Positions 1 through 11,100 of a stretch of 46,538 nt of DNA are shown piece after piece. Numbering within the stretch: position 1 is the first letter of the stretch; each line of letters starts with the position of its first letter. The position numbers and the translations under genes are program-made. Origin of the DNA: Candidatus Collierbacteria bacterium (GTDB lineage: Bacteria; Patescibacteriota; Microgenomatia; UBA1400; MFAQ01); the NCBI GenBank assembly GCA_903873735.1, contig CAIQPO010000037.1, positions 1-46,538 on the forward strand, in the 5' to 3' direction. The notes under the pieces were generated by a model. That model was not told the origin of the DNA. It saw nothing but the letters and a program-made list of their open reading frames with translations, and did no database searches.

Positions 1-199
1 CAGCATTTCCAATAGCTTGTTTGATAAGCTTGATGACTGGCTCTTGAGCACGTTTGGAAATGATTTCCAACTGCTTGAGGGCAGTAGTAGCTCTTTGACC
101 AACCATAGCTTTGAGAAGAAGGTTAGCCTTGCGAGGAGTAACCAAGACGTGTTGGGCTCTGGCTGTGATAATTTTGTTGGTAGTTTTTGCAGTTGCCAT
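1..199 (-). CDS. rplV: 50S ribosomal protein L22 (5' part; runs off the window)
   Basis: Not in the ORF track. Hand translation from ATG at 199 gives MATAKTTNKIITARAQHVLVTPRKANLLLKAMVGQ...KLIKQAIGNA (TPRK and AxxNA motifs); follows rpsS as in the S10 operon. Confidence 0.93.
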   Translation of the reverse strand, partial: MATAKTTNKIITARAQHVLVTPRKANLLLKAMVGQRATTALKQLEIISKRAQEPVIKLIKQAIGNA

Positions 200-205
200 A
201 TTCTT

Positions 206-490
206 TTAGGTTTTGCTTAAGACTCTCTTAACAATGCGGCCGTGGCCTCTGAAGTTTCTAGTTGGAGAGTACTCACCTAATCTGTGTCCAACCATGTCTT
301 CTGAGACAAAAACCTCTTTAAAGATTTTGCCGTTGTGAACCATGAAGGTGAAGCCGACAAATTCTGGAGGAATTTGACTTGATCTTGCCCAAGTCTTGAT
401 AGCCTCTTTTTTACCTGAGGTTTTCATCTTCTCGACTTTGAGCATGAGCTTCTCATCTACATATGGTCCTTTTTTAGAACTTCTTGACAT
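206..490 (-). CDS. rpsS: 30S ribosomal protein S19
   Basis: [36 protein letters not shown]. Confidence 0.98.
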   Translation of the reverse strand: MSRSSKKGPYVDEKLMLKVEKMKTSGKKEAIKTWARSSQIPPEFVGFTFMVHNGKIFKEVFVSEDMVGHRLGEYSPTRNFRGHGRIVKRVLSKT

Positions 491-495
491 AGTAT

Positions 496-1254
496 TTATT
501 TACCTGCGCGACGCTTGATAATGAGTAAATTGCTGTATTTCTTTCTGTTTCTGGTGCGAACACCCATAACTCTCTTGCCATAGACTGACTTGGGTGATTT
601 AAGACCAATACCTGATCTACCCTCACCACCACCGTGAGCATGGGATCTTGGATCTTGAGCGACACCTCTAACTTCAGGTCTTCTACCCATATGTCTGGCT
701 CTACCTGCTTTACCAAGAATTTCTTCTTTGTGGTGTTCGTTGCCGAGGGTACCGACAGTGGCTTTGCATAATGGGTTGAATGATCTAATTTCTCCTGAAG
801 GAAGTTTGATTAAAACAACAGTTTCTTCTTTGGATTGGACAAGGGCGTAGTTGCCGGCTGACCTAACCATCTGGGCACCTTTTCCAGGGGTAATCTCAAG
901 ATTGTGAACCTCAACTCCGATAGGAATATTTTTTAGAGGCAAACAGTTTCCCACCTTAATTTCAGAAGTTTCCGATGAGGATACAATGTCTCCAACCTTC
1001 AAGCCTTTTGGAGCTAAGATGTAGTCCTTGTGGCCATTGACGTAAGAAAGCAGAGCAATGTCGGTAGTGCGATTTGGATCGTATTCAATAGCTACGACCT
1101 TTGCAGTAAGAGAAACTGATCTCTTCCAGTCGATGTGTCTTAAGTAGCGTTTTTGCCTTCCTCCTTGATGTCTAACTGTGATTTTTCCAGAATGGTTTCT
1201 TCCAGAAGACTTGGGGTTTATGGTTTTGAGATGTCTTGCAAGTGTGTGTTTCAT
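496..1254 (-). CDS. rplB: 50S ribosomal protein L2 (short N-terminus)
   Basis: [47 protein letters not shown]. Confidence 0.98.
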   Translation of the reverse strand: MKHTLARHLKTINPKSSGRNHSGKITVRHQGGRQKRYLRHIDWKRSVSLTAKVVAIEYDPNRTTDIALLSYVNGHKDYILAPKGLKVGDIVSSSETSEIKVGNCLPLKNIPIGVEVHNLEITPGKGAQMVRSAGNYALVQSKEETVVLIKLPSGEIRSFNPLCKATVGTLGNEHHKEEILGKAGRARHMGRRPEVRGVAQDPRSHAHGGGEGRSGIGLKSPKSVYGKRVMGVRTRNRKKYSNLLIIKRRAGK

Positions 1255-1260
1255 AATAGT

Positions 1261-1569
1261 TTATGACTTGAGAGCGGAGAAGATCTCGATCTTTTGACCT
1301 TTCTTGATCTCTACGATTGCTTTTTTAATAAGAGGAGTATTCACATATCTTCCAGTTTTCATTGATCTGACTTTGCGAGAAGCCTTTTTGACCGTAGAAA
1401 TTGAAACAACATCTACTTTGTAGAGGTCTTTGATAGCTTGTCTGATCTGATATTTGCTGGCTGATGGCTCAACTTTGAAAACATATTTGTCCATGGCAGC
1501 AAGTCCGTAGCTTTTCTCTGTGACTACTGGCGAAATGATGGTGTTTTGGTGAATGAGTGGAGTAGACAT
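1261..1569 (-). CDS. rplW: 50S ribosomal protein L23
   Basis: PVVTEKS, YVFKV, ASKYQIRQAI, KKAIV; synteny. Confidence 0.96.
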   Translation of the reverse strand: MSTPLIHQNTIISPVVTEKSYGLAAMDKYVFKVEPSASKYQIRQAIKDLYKVDVVSISTVKKASRKVRSMKTGRYVNTPLIKKAIVEIKKGQKIEIFSALKS

Positions 1570-1571
1570 AG

Positions 1572-2198
1572 TTATTTAGTGTTAGCTGATTTGAGAACTG
1601 CTAATCTAGAAAGTAAGTGTTCTAAGGCTGTTTGAGTTAGGACGACTTTGGCGTGTTGTCCAAGATTGTAAACATTTAGTCTCTTGGCAGATAGGAGTTC
1701 GAGACCGTTTAAATTTGAAACCGACTTAAGGAAGTCAGAGGATTCTGAAAAGTGGACTAGAGCGCAAGAAACTTTGGAGTAATCTTTGGGAAGAAGTTTA
1801 TCGGCTGATTTGGTAGATAGTGATTTGATTTCAGTGGCGTCTATAAGAGAAAGTCTTTCCTCTTTTTTGTAGGTAGTGAGAAGTCCGGCAAGAGCTTTCA
1901 GTCTCATTTTCTTGTTTAGAGATTTTAGTGGAGTAACAATTCCTTGAGGACCAAAAACAACACCGCCTCCTACATAGATTGGAGCTGATTTGGCACCGTG
2001 TCGAGCGTTACCCGTACCTTTTTGTTTGTAGATTTTCTTGGTGGTAGCTGACACCTCTCCTCTGGTCTTAGTTTTAGAGATACCTCGATGAGAGTTGGCC
2101 TGATAAACGTAGATAGCTTGAGCTATTAGCTTAGGTGATACCTCAAAGTCGATCTGACTGAAGGATGTAGCACTAGTGGTAGTCTTTTTAGCTGGCAT
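1572..2198 (-). CDS. rplD: 50S ribosomal protein L4
   Basis: TKTRGEVS, KQKGTGNARHG, GGGVVFGP. Confidence 0.97.
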   Translation of the reverse strand: MPAKKTTTSATSFSQIDFEVSPKLIAQAIYVYQANSHRGISKTKTRGEVSATTKKIYKQKGTGNARHGAKSAPIYVGGGVVFGPQGIVTPLKSLNKKMRLKALAGLLTTYKKEERLSLIDATEIKSLSTKSADKLLPKDYSKVSCALVHFSESSDFLKSVSNLNGLELLSAKRLNVYNLGQHAKVVLTQTALEHLLSRLAVLKSANTK

Positions 2199-2208
2199 AT
2201 TAATTTAT

Positions 2209-2832
2209 TTAGGCTTTTTTATTAATGGTAATTCGAGCTAAAGTTCCCTTTGACCCAGGAATAGGACCTGTGAGGGTAAGGAGGTTGGTTTCGGGGTTGT
2301 AAGAGTGAATAGCGAGATTCTTTATGCAAATATTATCTGAACCCATTCTTCCAGCCATTTTTTTACCTGGAACTATGCGTCCTGGAGTAGTACCTCTGGC
2401 GATGGATCCTGGAGCACGTTTGCGATCTGACTGACCATGAGTTCTTTGAGATCCATGGAAGCCATGGCGTTTCATAACACCGGCAAACCCTTTACCTTTT
2501 GACATGGAGGTGACGGAAACAGTTAGTCCTGGAGTTAAAATTTCAGTTAAGTTGATGGTGGTATTTGCAGGAATTGATTCTTCTGTTGAGACTTCTCTTA
2601 AGTATTTGGGGGTAACTTCAATGCCTAACTTTTTCAAGAAGCTTTTAACAGGCTTAGTAGCTGATTTTTTGGCACCAATGCCAATTATTTGTGCATTGTA
2701 GCCATCTTTATTGGCGGTCTTGTTGGAAACAGCCACGTGAGAATCTACCACTAAAGTGGTAAGAGGGACTCTTTTACCTTCTACGAAGGTTTGAGTCATG
2801 CTGTCTTTGGTTGCGTATATTTTGTTAAGCAT
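2209..2832 (-). CDS. rplC: 50S ribosomal protein L3
   Basis: KDGYNA, SKGKGFAGVMKRHGF, GKKMAGRMG. Confidence 0.97.
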   Translation of the reverse strand: MLNKIYATKDSMTQTFVEGKRVPLTTLVVDSHVAVSNKTANKDGYNAQIIGIGAKKSATKPVKSFLKKLGIEVTPKYLREVSTEESIPANTTINLTEILTPGLTVSVTSMSKGKGFAGVMKRHGFHGSQRTHGQSDRKRAPGSIARGTTPGRIVPGKKMAGRMGSDNICIKNLAIHSYNPETNLLTLTGPIPGSKGTLARITINKKA

Positions 2833-2841
2833 GTTAGTTTT

Positions 2842-2891
2842 AAAAAACGCCCCCGATTTCGGGGACCCGAGAATCGGCGAGGGCAGTTTTT
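2842..2891 (-). promoter_or_regulatory. GC-rich structured element with U-tract between rpsJ and rplC (candidate ribosomal leader/attenuator)
   Basis: Minus strand AAAAACTGCCCTCGCCGATTCTCGGGTCCCCGAAATCGGGGGCGTTTTTT: hairpins CCGA/TCGG and CCCCG/CGGGG, possible outer stem GCCC/GGGC, then T6. Confidence 0.55.
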
Positions 2892-2919
2892 GTTAATTTA
2901 TTGATTGCATAGGCAAGAC

Positions 2920-3231
2920 TTACATCTTGATTTCGATACCGACACCGGCAGGGAGATCGAGATGCTGGAGGGAGTCGATGGTTTTATTAGTTGGAGAAAC
3001 AATATCAATGAGTCTCTTGTGAGTCAGTACTGCGTACTGTTCACGTGCGTCCTTGTCAGTGTGTGGGGAGGCCTGGACGACGATGACCTTTTTCTTGGTG
3101 GGCAGTGGGACAGGACCAACCACCTGAGCTCCTGATACGAGCGCAGCTTGAATAATTTTTTTGGCAGCTTCGTCTATGACTCTGTGGTCAAAAGACTTGA
3201 GTTTGACACGAATTCGTGGTTGGTCCTGCAT
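2920..3231 (-). CDS. rpsJ: 30S ribosomal protein S10
   Basis: RIRVKLKSFDHRVID, GPVPLPT, HKRLIDI, LPAGVGIEIK. Confidence 0.98.
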   Translation of the reverse strand: MQDQPRIRVKLKSFDHRVIDEAAKKIIQAALVSGAQVVGPVPLPTKKKVIVVQASPHTDKDAREQYAVLTHKRLIDIVSPTNKTIDSLQHLDLPAGVGIEIKM

Positions 3232-3268
3232 ATGAAGTTTTAAAAAGTGCTAACTAGTAACTTTTTGG

Positions 3269-4444
3269 TTACGCGATAATTTTGGTAATAACACCTGCAC
3301 CAACGGTAAGTCCACCTTCGCGAATAGCGAAGCGTTGTCCTTCTTCCATGGCGATAGGAGCGATAAGTTCGACAGACATCTTGGCGTTGTCACCAGGCAT
3401 GATCATTTCTACACCCTCTGGGAGTTTAACCTCACCAGTAACATCGGTGGTGCGGATAAAGAATTGAGGTTTGTAGCCTGTGAAGAGAGGAGTGTGGCGG
3501 CCACCTTCGTCTTTGCCTAAGATATAAGCTTCGGCATCGAACTTGGTGTGAGGAGTGATAGATCCAGCCTTAGCTAAAACCTGACCTCTTTGGACATCAT
3601 CTTTTTCAATACCGCGGAGGAGAAGACCGACATTGTCTCCTGCTTGTCCTTGGTCGAGAGATTGGTGGAACATTTCAACACCAGTGACGACTGATTTAAC
3701 AGTGGCTTTAATACCGACTATTTCAATTTCATCACCGACTTTGACGATACCTCTCTCAATACGACCGGTAACGACTGTGCCTCTACCTTTGATGGAGAAA
3801 ACGTCTTCAACAGGCATAAGGAAAGGTTTGTCTAGATCGCGAGTAGGAGTAGGAATCCAAGTGTCTACAGCTTCCATGAGTTTCATGATTCCAGCTTGAG
3901 CTTCCTTGTCTCCCTCGAGGGCTTTTAGAGCAGATACTCTGACGATTGGGGTGTCTTCCTCAAATTGGTATTTCTTTAAGAGCTCTCTGATTTCCATCTC
4001 AACTAATTCAAGGAGTTCTGGATCTGAAACGGCATCAACTTTATTTAAAGCGACGACGAGTCTGGGAACGTTAACTTGATGAGCAAGAAGGATGTGTTCC
4101 TTGGTTTGAGGCATAGGTCCATCAGTAGCAGCCACAACTAAGATACCTCCATCCATCTGAGCGGCACCGGTGATCATGTTTTTGATGTAGTCACGGTGTC
4201 CTGGACAGTCGATGTGAGCATAGTGTCTTGTAGCAGTCTCGTAAGGGACGTGTGAGATCTGAATGGTAACACCACGGGCTCTCTCTTCTGGTGATGAGTC
4301 AATCTTGTCGAAAGCTAATGCTTCAGCTAATCCTTGGGAGGCCAAGGTTTGAGTAATAGCGGCAGTAAGAGTAGTCTTGCCGTGATCGACGTGACCGATA
4401 GTACCGATATTAATATGAGGCTTTGTGCGTGAAAATGCAGCCAT
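3269..4444 (-). CDS. tuf: Elongation factor Tu
   Basis: [37 protein letters not shown]. Confidence 0.99.
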   Translation of the reverse strand: MAAFSRTKPHINIGTIGHVDHGKTTLTAAITQTLASQGLAEALAFDKIDSSPEERARGVTIQISHVPYETATRHYAHIDCPGHRDYIKNMITGAAQMDGGILVVAATDGPMPQTKEHILLAHQVNVPRLVVALNKVDAVSDPELLELVEMEIRELLKKYQFEEDTPIVRVSALKALEGDKEAQAGIMKLMEAVDTWIPTPTRDLDKPFLMPVEDVFSIKGRGTVVTGRIERGIVKVGDEIEIVGIKATVKSVVTGVEMFHQSLDQGQAGDNVGLLLRGIEKDDVQRGQVLAKAGSITPHTKFDAEAYILGKDEGGRHTPLFTGYKPQFFIRTTDVTGEVKLPEGVEMIMPGDNAKMSVELIAPIAMEEGQRFAIREGGLTVGAGVITKIIA

Positions 4445-4492
4445 ATTTATTTAATTATTATTTTGTAATTACTAATTTGTTTTGCGTTTGCT

Positions 4493-4521
4493 ATTGTATC
4501 AGATTTTAAGCTAATTTGCAG
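4493..4521 (-). promoter_or_regulatory. Internal sigma70-type promoter for tuf
   Basis: Minus strand CTGCAA-17 nt-TACAAT with TGn extension, overlapping the fusA stop. Confidence 0.5.
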
Positions 4522-6634
4522 GAGTTTTCAACAATTTAGCAGCTAAACTGTTGGGTAACTCTTGGTAGTGACTTGGTTCCATGTAGTAAGAAGCTCTTCC
4601 AGCGGTTAAGGAGCGGATAGCTGTAGCATAAGAACTTAGTTCTGAAAGAGGTACTTGAGCGGTAATAACACGGGCATTGCCTCTTTGGGTAGAACCAGCA
4701 ATCTGAGCTCTTCTAGAAGATAGGTCACCAATAATGTCTCCCATATTTTCTTCTGGAGTGGTTACCTCAACCTTCATGATAGGTTCAAGAATGACAGGAG
4801 CGGCTTTCTTGACTGCGTCCTGGAGAGCCATGGATCCGGCAATCTTGAAGGACATTTCAGAAGAGTCAACCTCATGGAATGAACCGTCGACTACTGATAC
4901 TTCTAGATCGACCATCTGGAAACCAGCAATAAGACCATTTTCCAGTGATTCGCGAACACCTTTTTCGATTGGAGCAATAAATTCGCGTGGGATGGTGCCT
5001 CCGACGATCTTGTTGACGAAAGCAAAACCTTCACCTCGAGTTCTGGGCATGATATCGAGAATACAGTGTCCGTATTGTCCACGACCTCCTGATTGACGAA
5101 TATATTTACCTTCACCTCGAGCCTCTTTGGAGATGGTTTCACGATAGGCTACTTGAGGAGCACCGGTAGTGGCTTCGACTTTGAATTCACGACGTAGACG
5201 ATCTACTAGGATTTCAAGGTGTAACTCACCCATACCAGAGATAACAGTTTGACCTGTCTCGTGGTCGGTTTTGATCTTGAAAGTCGGATCTTCTTCAGCA
5301 AGTCTACCGAGAGCTAAATCAAGTTTTTCCTGGTCAGCCTTGGTTTTTGGTTCGATAGCAAGTGAGATAACTGGCTCTGGGAAGTTGATTGACTCTAGGA
5401 TTATTGGCTTGCTCTCGTCACAAAGTGTGTCACCAGTCTTGGTGGCTTTCAAACCAACTACCCCGACGATTTCACCTGCACCAGCTTCGCTGATTTCTTC
5501 GCGACTATTGGCGTGCATAAGCATCAGACGACCAACACGCTCTCTCTCATCTTTGCCTGCGTTGTATATGTATGAACCGGAGGTGATTTTGCCGGAGTAA
5601 ACACGGACATAAGTTAGTTTGCCCACATGAGGATCGGCTTGGATTTTGAAGGCTAAACCTGAAAAAGGCTCTGAAGGATCAGGTTTTCTAATTTCTTCTT
5701 CTCCAGTTTTGGGATTGGAACCAGTGGTTACATTCTTATCGAGAGGAGAGGGAAGAAAATCGACAACAGCGTCAAGAACAGGTTGAACACCTTTGTTTCT
5801 TAGGGAGGAGCCAGGGAAAACAGGAACGATTTCATTTTTACAGGTAGCATTTCTCAAGGCATCTTTTAGCTCTTTCATAGTGGGTTCTTCACCAGCGAAG
5901 AATTTGTCCATCAAGGCTTCGTCGGTTTCGACTATGGCCTCGATAAGTTTGCTTCTTTCAGCTTCGCACTCATCTTTCATATCTTCTGGGAAGCCTTCGG
6001 AAACTACGTATTTTGCACCAGTTTCATCGCCCTGCCAGATAATAGTTTTTCTTTCAAGAAGAAGGCACATGCCCTTAAAGGTGTTTTCAACTCCTACAGG
6101 AAGTGCCATGATAGCGGTTTTGGCTCCAAGTTTGACATGTACGTCGTTAAGAGTGTTTCTGAAATCAGCACCCAAGACGTCCATTTTGTTAACGAAAGCA
6201 ATGCGAGGAACTTTGTACTTGTCGGCTTGTCTCCAGACTGTTTCGGTCTGTGACTGAACACCAGAACCGGCATCAAGTACGATAATACCTCCATCAAGAA
6301 CACGGAGGGAACGCTCTACCTCTGCGGTAAAGTCTACGTGTCCTGGAGTATCGATGATGTTAAAACGACATTCCTCTTTTAAGTTGGCGTCATCCAAAAC
6401 TGGGGTCCAAAAAGTGGTGGTGGCTGCTGAAACGATGGTTATTCCTCTCTCTCTTTCTTGCTCCATCCAGTCCATTTGGGTATCTCCTTCGTCGATATCA
6501 CCAATTTTGTAGGTTTTACCAGTATAGAAGAGAATACGCTCAGTGGTGGTAGTTTTACCAGCGTCGATATGAGCAATAATACCGATGTTTCTTACACGGT
6601 TTAGTGGAATAATTTTTGAGGCTCCAGCGGCCAT
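4511..6634 (-). CDS. fusA: Elongation factor G
   Basis: [52 protein letters not shown]. Confidence 0.99.
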   Translation of the reverse strand: MAAGASKIIPLNRVRNIGIIAHIDAGKTTTTERILFYTGKTYKIGDIDEGDTQMDWMEQERERGITIVSAATTTFWTPVLDDANLKEECRFNIIDTPGHVDFTAEVERSLRVLDGGIIVLDAGSGVQSQTETVWRQADKYKVPRIAFVNKMDVLGADFRNTLNDVHVKLGAKTAIMALPVGVENTFKGMCLLLERKTIIWQGDETGAKYVVSEGFPEDMKDECEAERSKLIEAIVETDEALMDKFFAGEEPTMKELKDALRNATCKNEIVPVFPGSSLRNKGVQPVLDAVVDFLPSPLDKNVTTGSNPKTGEEEIRKPDPSEPFSGLAFKIQADPHVGKLTYVRVYSGKITSGSYIYNAGKDERERVGRLMLMHANSREEISEAGAGEIVGVVGLKATKTGDTLCDESKPIILESINFPEPVISLAIEPKTKADQEKLDLALGRLAEEDPTFKIKTDHETGQTVISGMGELHLEILVDRLRREFKVEATTGAPQVAYRETISKEARGEGKYIRQSGGRGQYGHCILDIMPRTRGEGFAFVNKIVGGTIPREFIAPIEKGVRESLENGLIAGFQMVDLEVSVVDGSFHEVDSSEMSFKIAGSMALQDAVKKAAPVILEPIMKVEVTTPEENMGDIIGDLSSRRAQIAGSTQRGNARVITAQVPLSELSSYATAIRSLTAGRASYYMEPSHYQELPNSLAAKLLKTPAN

Positions 6635-6718
6635 ATATTAAATAATTGTTTAATAACTCTTGGGCGTATTAACCCTACCCAAAGACAGGTAGAGATATTA
6701 CAGTGGTGATTTTATCAT

Positions 6719-6745
6719 AAAAAATCCCTCCGTTGTGGAGGGATT
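6719..6745 (-). terminator. Intrinsic terminator of orphan cassette A
   Basis: Stem AATCCCTCC/GGAGGGATT, 5-nt loop, T-run on the minus strand, just after the stop at 6751. Confidence 0.85.
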
Positions 6746-6750
6746 GGGTA

Positions 6751-7092
6751 CTATTTTTCTTCTACAAGCCAGTGTTCTTTGGGGATATTAAACTCGTAGC
6801 GGCCTTGCTTATAAAGCTCGCCGCAGTTGAGGCTGATATAAGCACAGCCATAGAGCTGCCCGACGAGCTTATGGTCATTGCTGACATAAGAGAGGATCAC
6901 GTCACCGTCGCTTTCGGAGCTGATGTTTGCCTGGGGAATACCATCGACATAGAGCATGTCCGACGGCAGGTCGCCAAGGTTGATGGTGCCCTCGAAACGG
7001 GCCTGATCACGTGTTGAGCAGCTAGCTACGGTAATCGCCATAAGAATTGTGAGCAGAATATAGAAGCCGATCTGATAAAACCTGCTTTTCAT
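6751..7092 (-). CDS. Orphan putative lipoprotein, 113 aa (cassette A) between rpsG and fusA
   Basis: Basic N-terminus, hydrophobic stretch, lipobox-like VAS-C25; SD GAGGAGG 8 nt before ATG; own promoter and terminator. Confidence 0.8.
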   Translation of the reverse strand: MKSRFYQIGFYILLTILMAITVASCSTRDQARFEGTINLGDLPSDMLYVDGIPQANISSESDGDVILSYVSNDHKLVGQLYGCAYISLNCGELYKQGRYEFNIPKEHWLVEEK

Positions 7093-7100
7093 GGATTACG

Positions 7101-7157
7101 CCTCCTCTTTGAAATGTACTGACTGGCTATCCTATCATATGTTATAGGTTTTATCAA
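7101..7157 (-). promoter_or_regulatory. Cassette A promoter, leader motif and SD
   Basis: TTGATA (7157-7152)-17 nt-TAGGAT (7134-7129); GTACATTTCAAA (7119-7108); GAGGAGG (7107-7101). Confidence 0.75.
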
Positions 7158-7169
7158 TTAAGTGATAAC

Positions 7170-7196
7170 AAAAAAGCGCCTTTTTCATAAGGCGCT
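7170..7196 (-). terminator. Intrinsic terminator downstream of rpsG
   Basis: Stem AGCGCCTT/AAGGCGCT followed by a T-run on the minus strand. Confidence 0.85.
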
Positions 7197-7221
7197 CTTT
7201 TGGTTGAATTTGTAATTCAAG

Positions 7222-7698
7222 TTACCATCTAAAGTGAGCGAAAGCTTTGTTGGCTTCGGCCATTTTGTGGGTATCAAGCTTCTTCTTGATTGAAGTGCCT
7301 TGGTTTTCATGAGCTTCCATGATTTCTGCGGCTAACTTTTCAGCAAGAGTGCGGTAAGGGTTGTTTCCTTTAGCTCTGGCTGCGGTGATGACCCATCTAA
7401 CAGCAAGGGAGTCGCGGCGTTCTGGTCTTATAGGAGTTGGTACTTGGTATGAAGCGCCTCCAACACGACGGGATCTAACCTCGATAGTGGGTTTGACGTT
7501 TTCAATAGCTTCAGTAAGATATTCAAGTCCGTTTTTACCGGTTTGTTCACCAATAATATCTATGGCTTTGTAGACGTGCTTGGAAGCAACAGATTTTTTA
7601 CCATCGTACATACAGCCATTGATGATTTTAGCCACCAATTCACTACCATAAACTGGATCTTTCACGGATAGCTTTTGTGGGGTTTTCTTTGATCTCAT
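7222..7698 (-). CDS. rpsG: 30S ribosomal protein S7
   Basis: [37 protein letters not shown]. Confidence 0.99.
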   Translation of the reverse strand: MRSKKTPQKLSVKDPVYGSELVAKIINGCMYDGKKSVASKHVYKAIDIIGEQTGKNGLEYLTEAIENVKPTIEVRSRRVGGASYQVPTPIRPERRDSLAVRWVITAARAKGNNPYRTLAEKLAAEIMEAHENQGTSIKKKLDTHKMAEANKAFAHFRW

Positions 7699-7714
7699 AT
7701 ATTTTTTGGACTAA

Positions 7715-8131
7715 TTATTTGGCTGATGGCTTCTTGGTGCCATATTTACTTCTACTAGTGCGTCTTTTATCAATACCAGCACAGTCGAGTTTGCCACGAA
7801 CAATGTGATATTTGACACCTGGTAAGTCTCTTACGCGACCAGCACGAACCATGACGATAGAGTGTTCTGCTAGATTGTGACCCTCACCCATGATGTAGGC
7901 GGTGACTTCTTGCTTATTTGATAACCTAACACGGGCAATCTTTCGGAGAGCCGAGTTTGGTTTCTTAGGAGTCATGGTTTTGACCTGAAGACAGACACCT
8001 GCTTTTTGAGGGTTTTGGGTGGTGACCATTCTTCTCTTGACTGAGTTGAAACTCTTGCGCAGAGCGGTGGCCTTGATTTTTTTAGCGTTAGACTGACGTC
8101 TAGTTTTGATTAGTTGATTGATTGTAGGCAT
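7715..8131 (-). CDS. rpsL: 30S ribosomal protein S12
   Basis: [37 protein letters not shown]. Confidence 0.99.
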   Translation of the reverse strand: MPTINQLIKTRRQSNAKKIKATALRKSFNSVKRRMVTTQNPQKAGVCLQVKTMTPKKPNSALRKIARVRLSNKQEVTAYIMGEGHNLAEHSIVMVRAGRVRDLPGVKYHIVRGKLDCAGIDKRRTSRSKYGTKKPSAK

Positions 8132-8149
8132 ATTTGCGTGTGTATTTTA

Positions 8150-11100
8150 TCAGATATTTTCCAACTTTGCGCGGTTTTTGCTGGTAGGAATCAATCTACC
8201 AATGATAACGTTTTCTTTCATACCGATTAGATGGTCAATTCTGCCTTGAACTGCTGAGTCGGTTAGTACTGAAGTGGTATCCTGGAAAGAGGCGGCAGAA
8301 AGCCAACTGTCGGTGTGAAGAGCGGCTCTTATCGTACCAAGGATAAGGTTGGTAGCGGTAGCTGGTTCTCCACCTTGAGCTATGGCAGCTTCATTAGCCA
8401 TTTCATATGCACCTCTGGAGATTACATCTCCTGCAACGAGAGAGGTGTCTCCCACGTTGTCGATGCGTACGTAGTCACACATCTTCCTAACAATGACCTC
8501 AAAGTGTTTGTCGTGGATACCGATACCCTGGGATTCGTAGATTCCTTGAATTTCGCCAATGAGGTATACCTGTGAGGCTCTCAAGCCTTTAACTCTGAGA
8601 AGGTTCTTAATATCGACACCTCCGGAAGCGAGGATTGAGCCGATGGCGACAATGTCTCCATCTTCAACTTTGAGAGGCATGGCAAGAGGTATAAGGTACT
8701 CTTTTCTGTCTTCTTTGGTGCCTTTGCCTGTAGGAGTAATGGTAACTAGATTGCCATTGTCGGTCTCTACTACTTTTACTTTTCCAGAAACCTCGGCAAC
8801 AGGAGCGGCGAGCTTGGGTGTTCTGACTTCAAATAGCTCGGTAACTCTAGGTAAACCCTGGGTCACGTCGACACCTGCGACACCTCCTGAGTGCTTGGTA
8901 CGCATGGTTAGCTGTGTACCAGGCTCACCGATAGATTGAGCAGCGATAACACCAGCGGGATCACCAATCTTAGCCATTACATTGCTGGCTAGATTATGAC
9001 CGTAGCAATTGGCACAAAGACCAAATCTCAATTTACATGTAAGAGGAGATCTAACCTCAACTTCCTTGACACCTGCGGCTTCGATGGCAGCTGCAATAGG
9101 TTCGGTAATCATTTCTCCAGCCTCTACGAGTACTTTTTTATTGGTTGGATTGAGAACTTTTTTGGCTGAAAGGCGGTGAACAATTCTCTTGGCAAAGACT
9201 TTGGTTCTGTCTTCAGAACTTATGGTTAGGAACTCATCAGTACCACACTCTTCAGCTCTAACGATGGCATCGTGACTGACATCAACTAAGCGTCTGGTCA
9301 GGTAACCTGCGTCAGCTGTACGAAGAGCGGTATCGGTAAGACCTTTTCTAGAACCTCTAACTGATGTAACGTACTCGAAAATTGAGAGACCTTCACGGAA
9401 GTTGCCTTTGGTAGGAAGTTCAACGAAGTTACCAAGAGGATCTACGTTGATACCACGCATGGCTGATAACTGTTTGATGGTGTTCTTGGTAATACGTCCC
9501 ATGCCTGTGTCAATAATCAATCTGACAGGATTGGTGGGAGAGAAGGTGTTCCAAGTCTTTTCGGCGAGATCTTCGGCGGTGTCCATCCACATTTGGATAG
9601 TGAGCTTTCTTCTTTCATCGTCGGTAATCAAACCTAGCTTGTAGTTGTCTTCGATTTCTTTTGCTTTTTGATTTCCTTCTTGAATGACGGACTCTTTGTC
9701 GGCGTACATTTCGTTGTCGGAGATAGCAAATGACAAACCGGAAACTGTAGCATATTCAAAACCGATATTCTTGACGGCGTCGATTAATTTCACCACACGC
9801 TTCACCTCAAGCTCTTCAATAGCTCGGTGGAAGAGTGATGAAATTTCTTTACGAGGAAGATTGCGGTTGATAAATTCCCACTCAGCAGGCAGAATCTGGT
9901 TAAACATGATTCTTCCAGCTGTGGTTTGGGTAAGTTGTTTGTCGCCTGGGAAGAGTCTTACGTTTACTGTCTGTCTAACCTTGATGGCATTATTTTGATA
10001 AGCGGTAAGCACATCTGCTTGGCTAGCAAATGGCATTGAGTAAACAGGGAGATTTTCATCAAGAGCGGTGAGATAGTAAACACCGATAGCCATTTCCTTT
10101 GAGTCAGGAATTGAAGCGGGGTTTCCTTGGGCTGGCTTTAATAAGTTGTATTGAGGAAGCATGCGCTTTTTAGCCTCAAGAATAGCTTTCTTGGTGAGAG
10201 GTACGTGGACAGCCATTTGGTCTCCGTCGAAGTCTGCATTAAAACCTCCACAAACTACCGGGTGAAGTCTTATTGCTGCACCATCAATTAGTTTTGGCCA
10301 GAAGGCTTGAATAGAGAGTTTGTGTAGCGTAGGAGCACGGTTTAAGAGAACAGGGTGCTTCTTGGTGATTTTTTCCAAGATGTCGTAGACTTCTGGTTGT
10401 CTCTTTTCAATGATGGCTTTGGCGGCTTTAACGTTGGGAGCCATGTCTTGCTTAATTAGTTCGTGGAGAACGAAGGGTTTGAACATCTCAAGTGCCATGT
10501 CTTTTGGTAAACCACACTGGTTTAGCTTGAGCTCAGGACCTACGACAATAACTGAACGACCTGAGTAATCGACACGCTTACCTAGAAGGTTTTGGCGGAA
10601 ACGACCCTGCTTGCCACGAAGCATATCAGAGAGAGACTTTAATGTCTTTCCAGTCCTGGATCTTCGAGAGGATCTAGCCTGAGAAGAATCGATAAGAGAG
10701 TCAACTGCTTCTTGGAGCATGCGTTTTTCATTTCTTAAGATGATTTCTGGAGCACCAAGGTCAATAAGGTGTTTCAAACGGTTGTTGCGATTGATGACGC
10801 GGCGATAAAGATCATTCAAATCTGATGCAGCAAACCTACCTCCTGAAAGCTGGACCATAGGACGAAGATCTGGAGGAATGACAGGAAGAACTCTTAAGAT
10901 CATCCACTCTGGCTTGATTTTAGAATCAAGTAAACCTCTTGCAACTTGAAGTCTTTTGGTAGCCTTGAGTCTTTTGGCTTCTGAATTTGAGTGTAGATCT
11001 TCTTTGAGATCTGCAACTAAGTTATCAAGATTGATCTGCTGAAGTGCATTAAGAAGAGATTCTGAACCCATTCCGGCTTTGATAAAACCAGCAACGCTGT

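Noticed and set aside
8150..8152. Alternative genetic code (TGA=Gly)
   Set aside because: rpoC ends at TGA at its expected C-terminus and core genes translate full length in code 11
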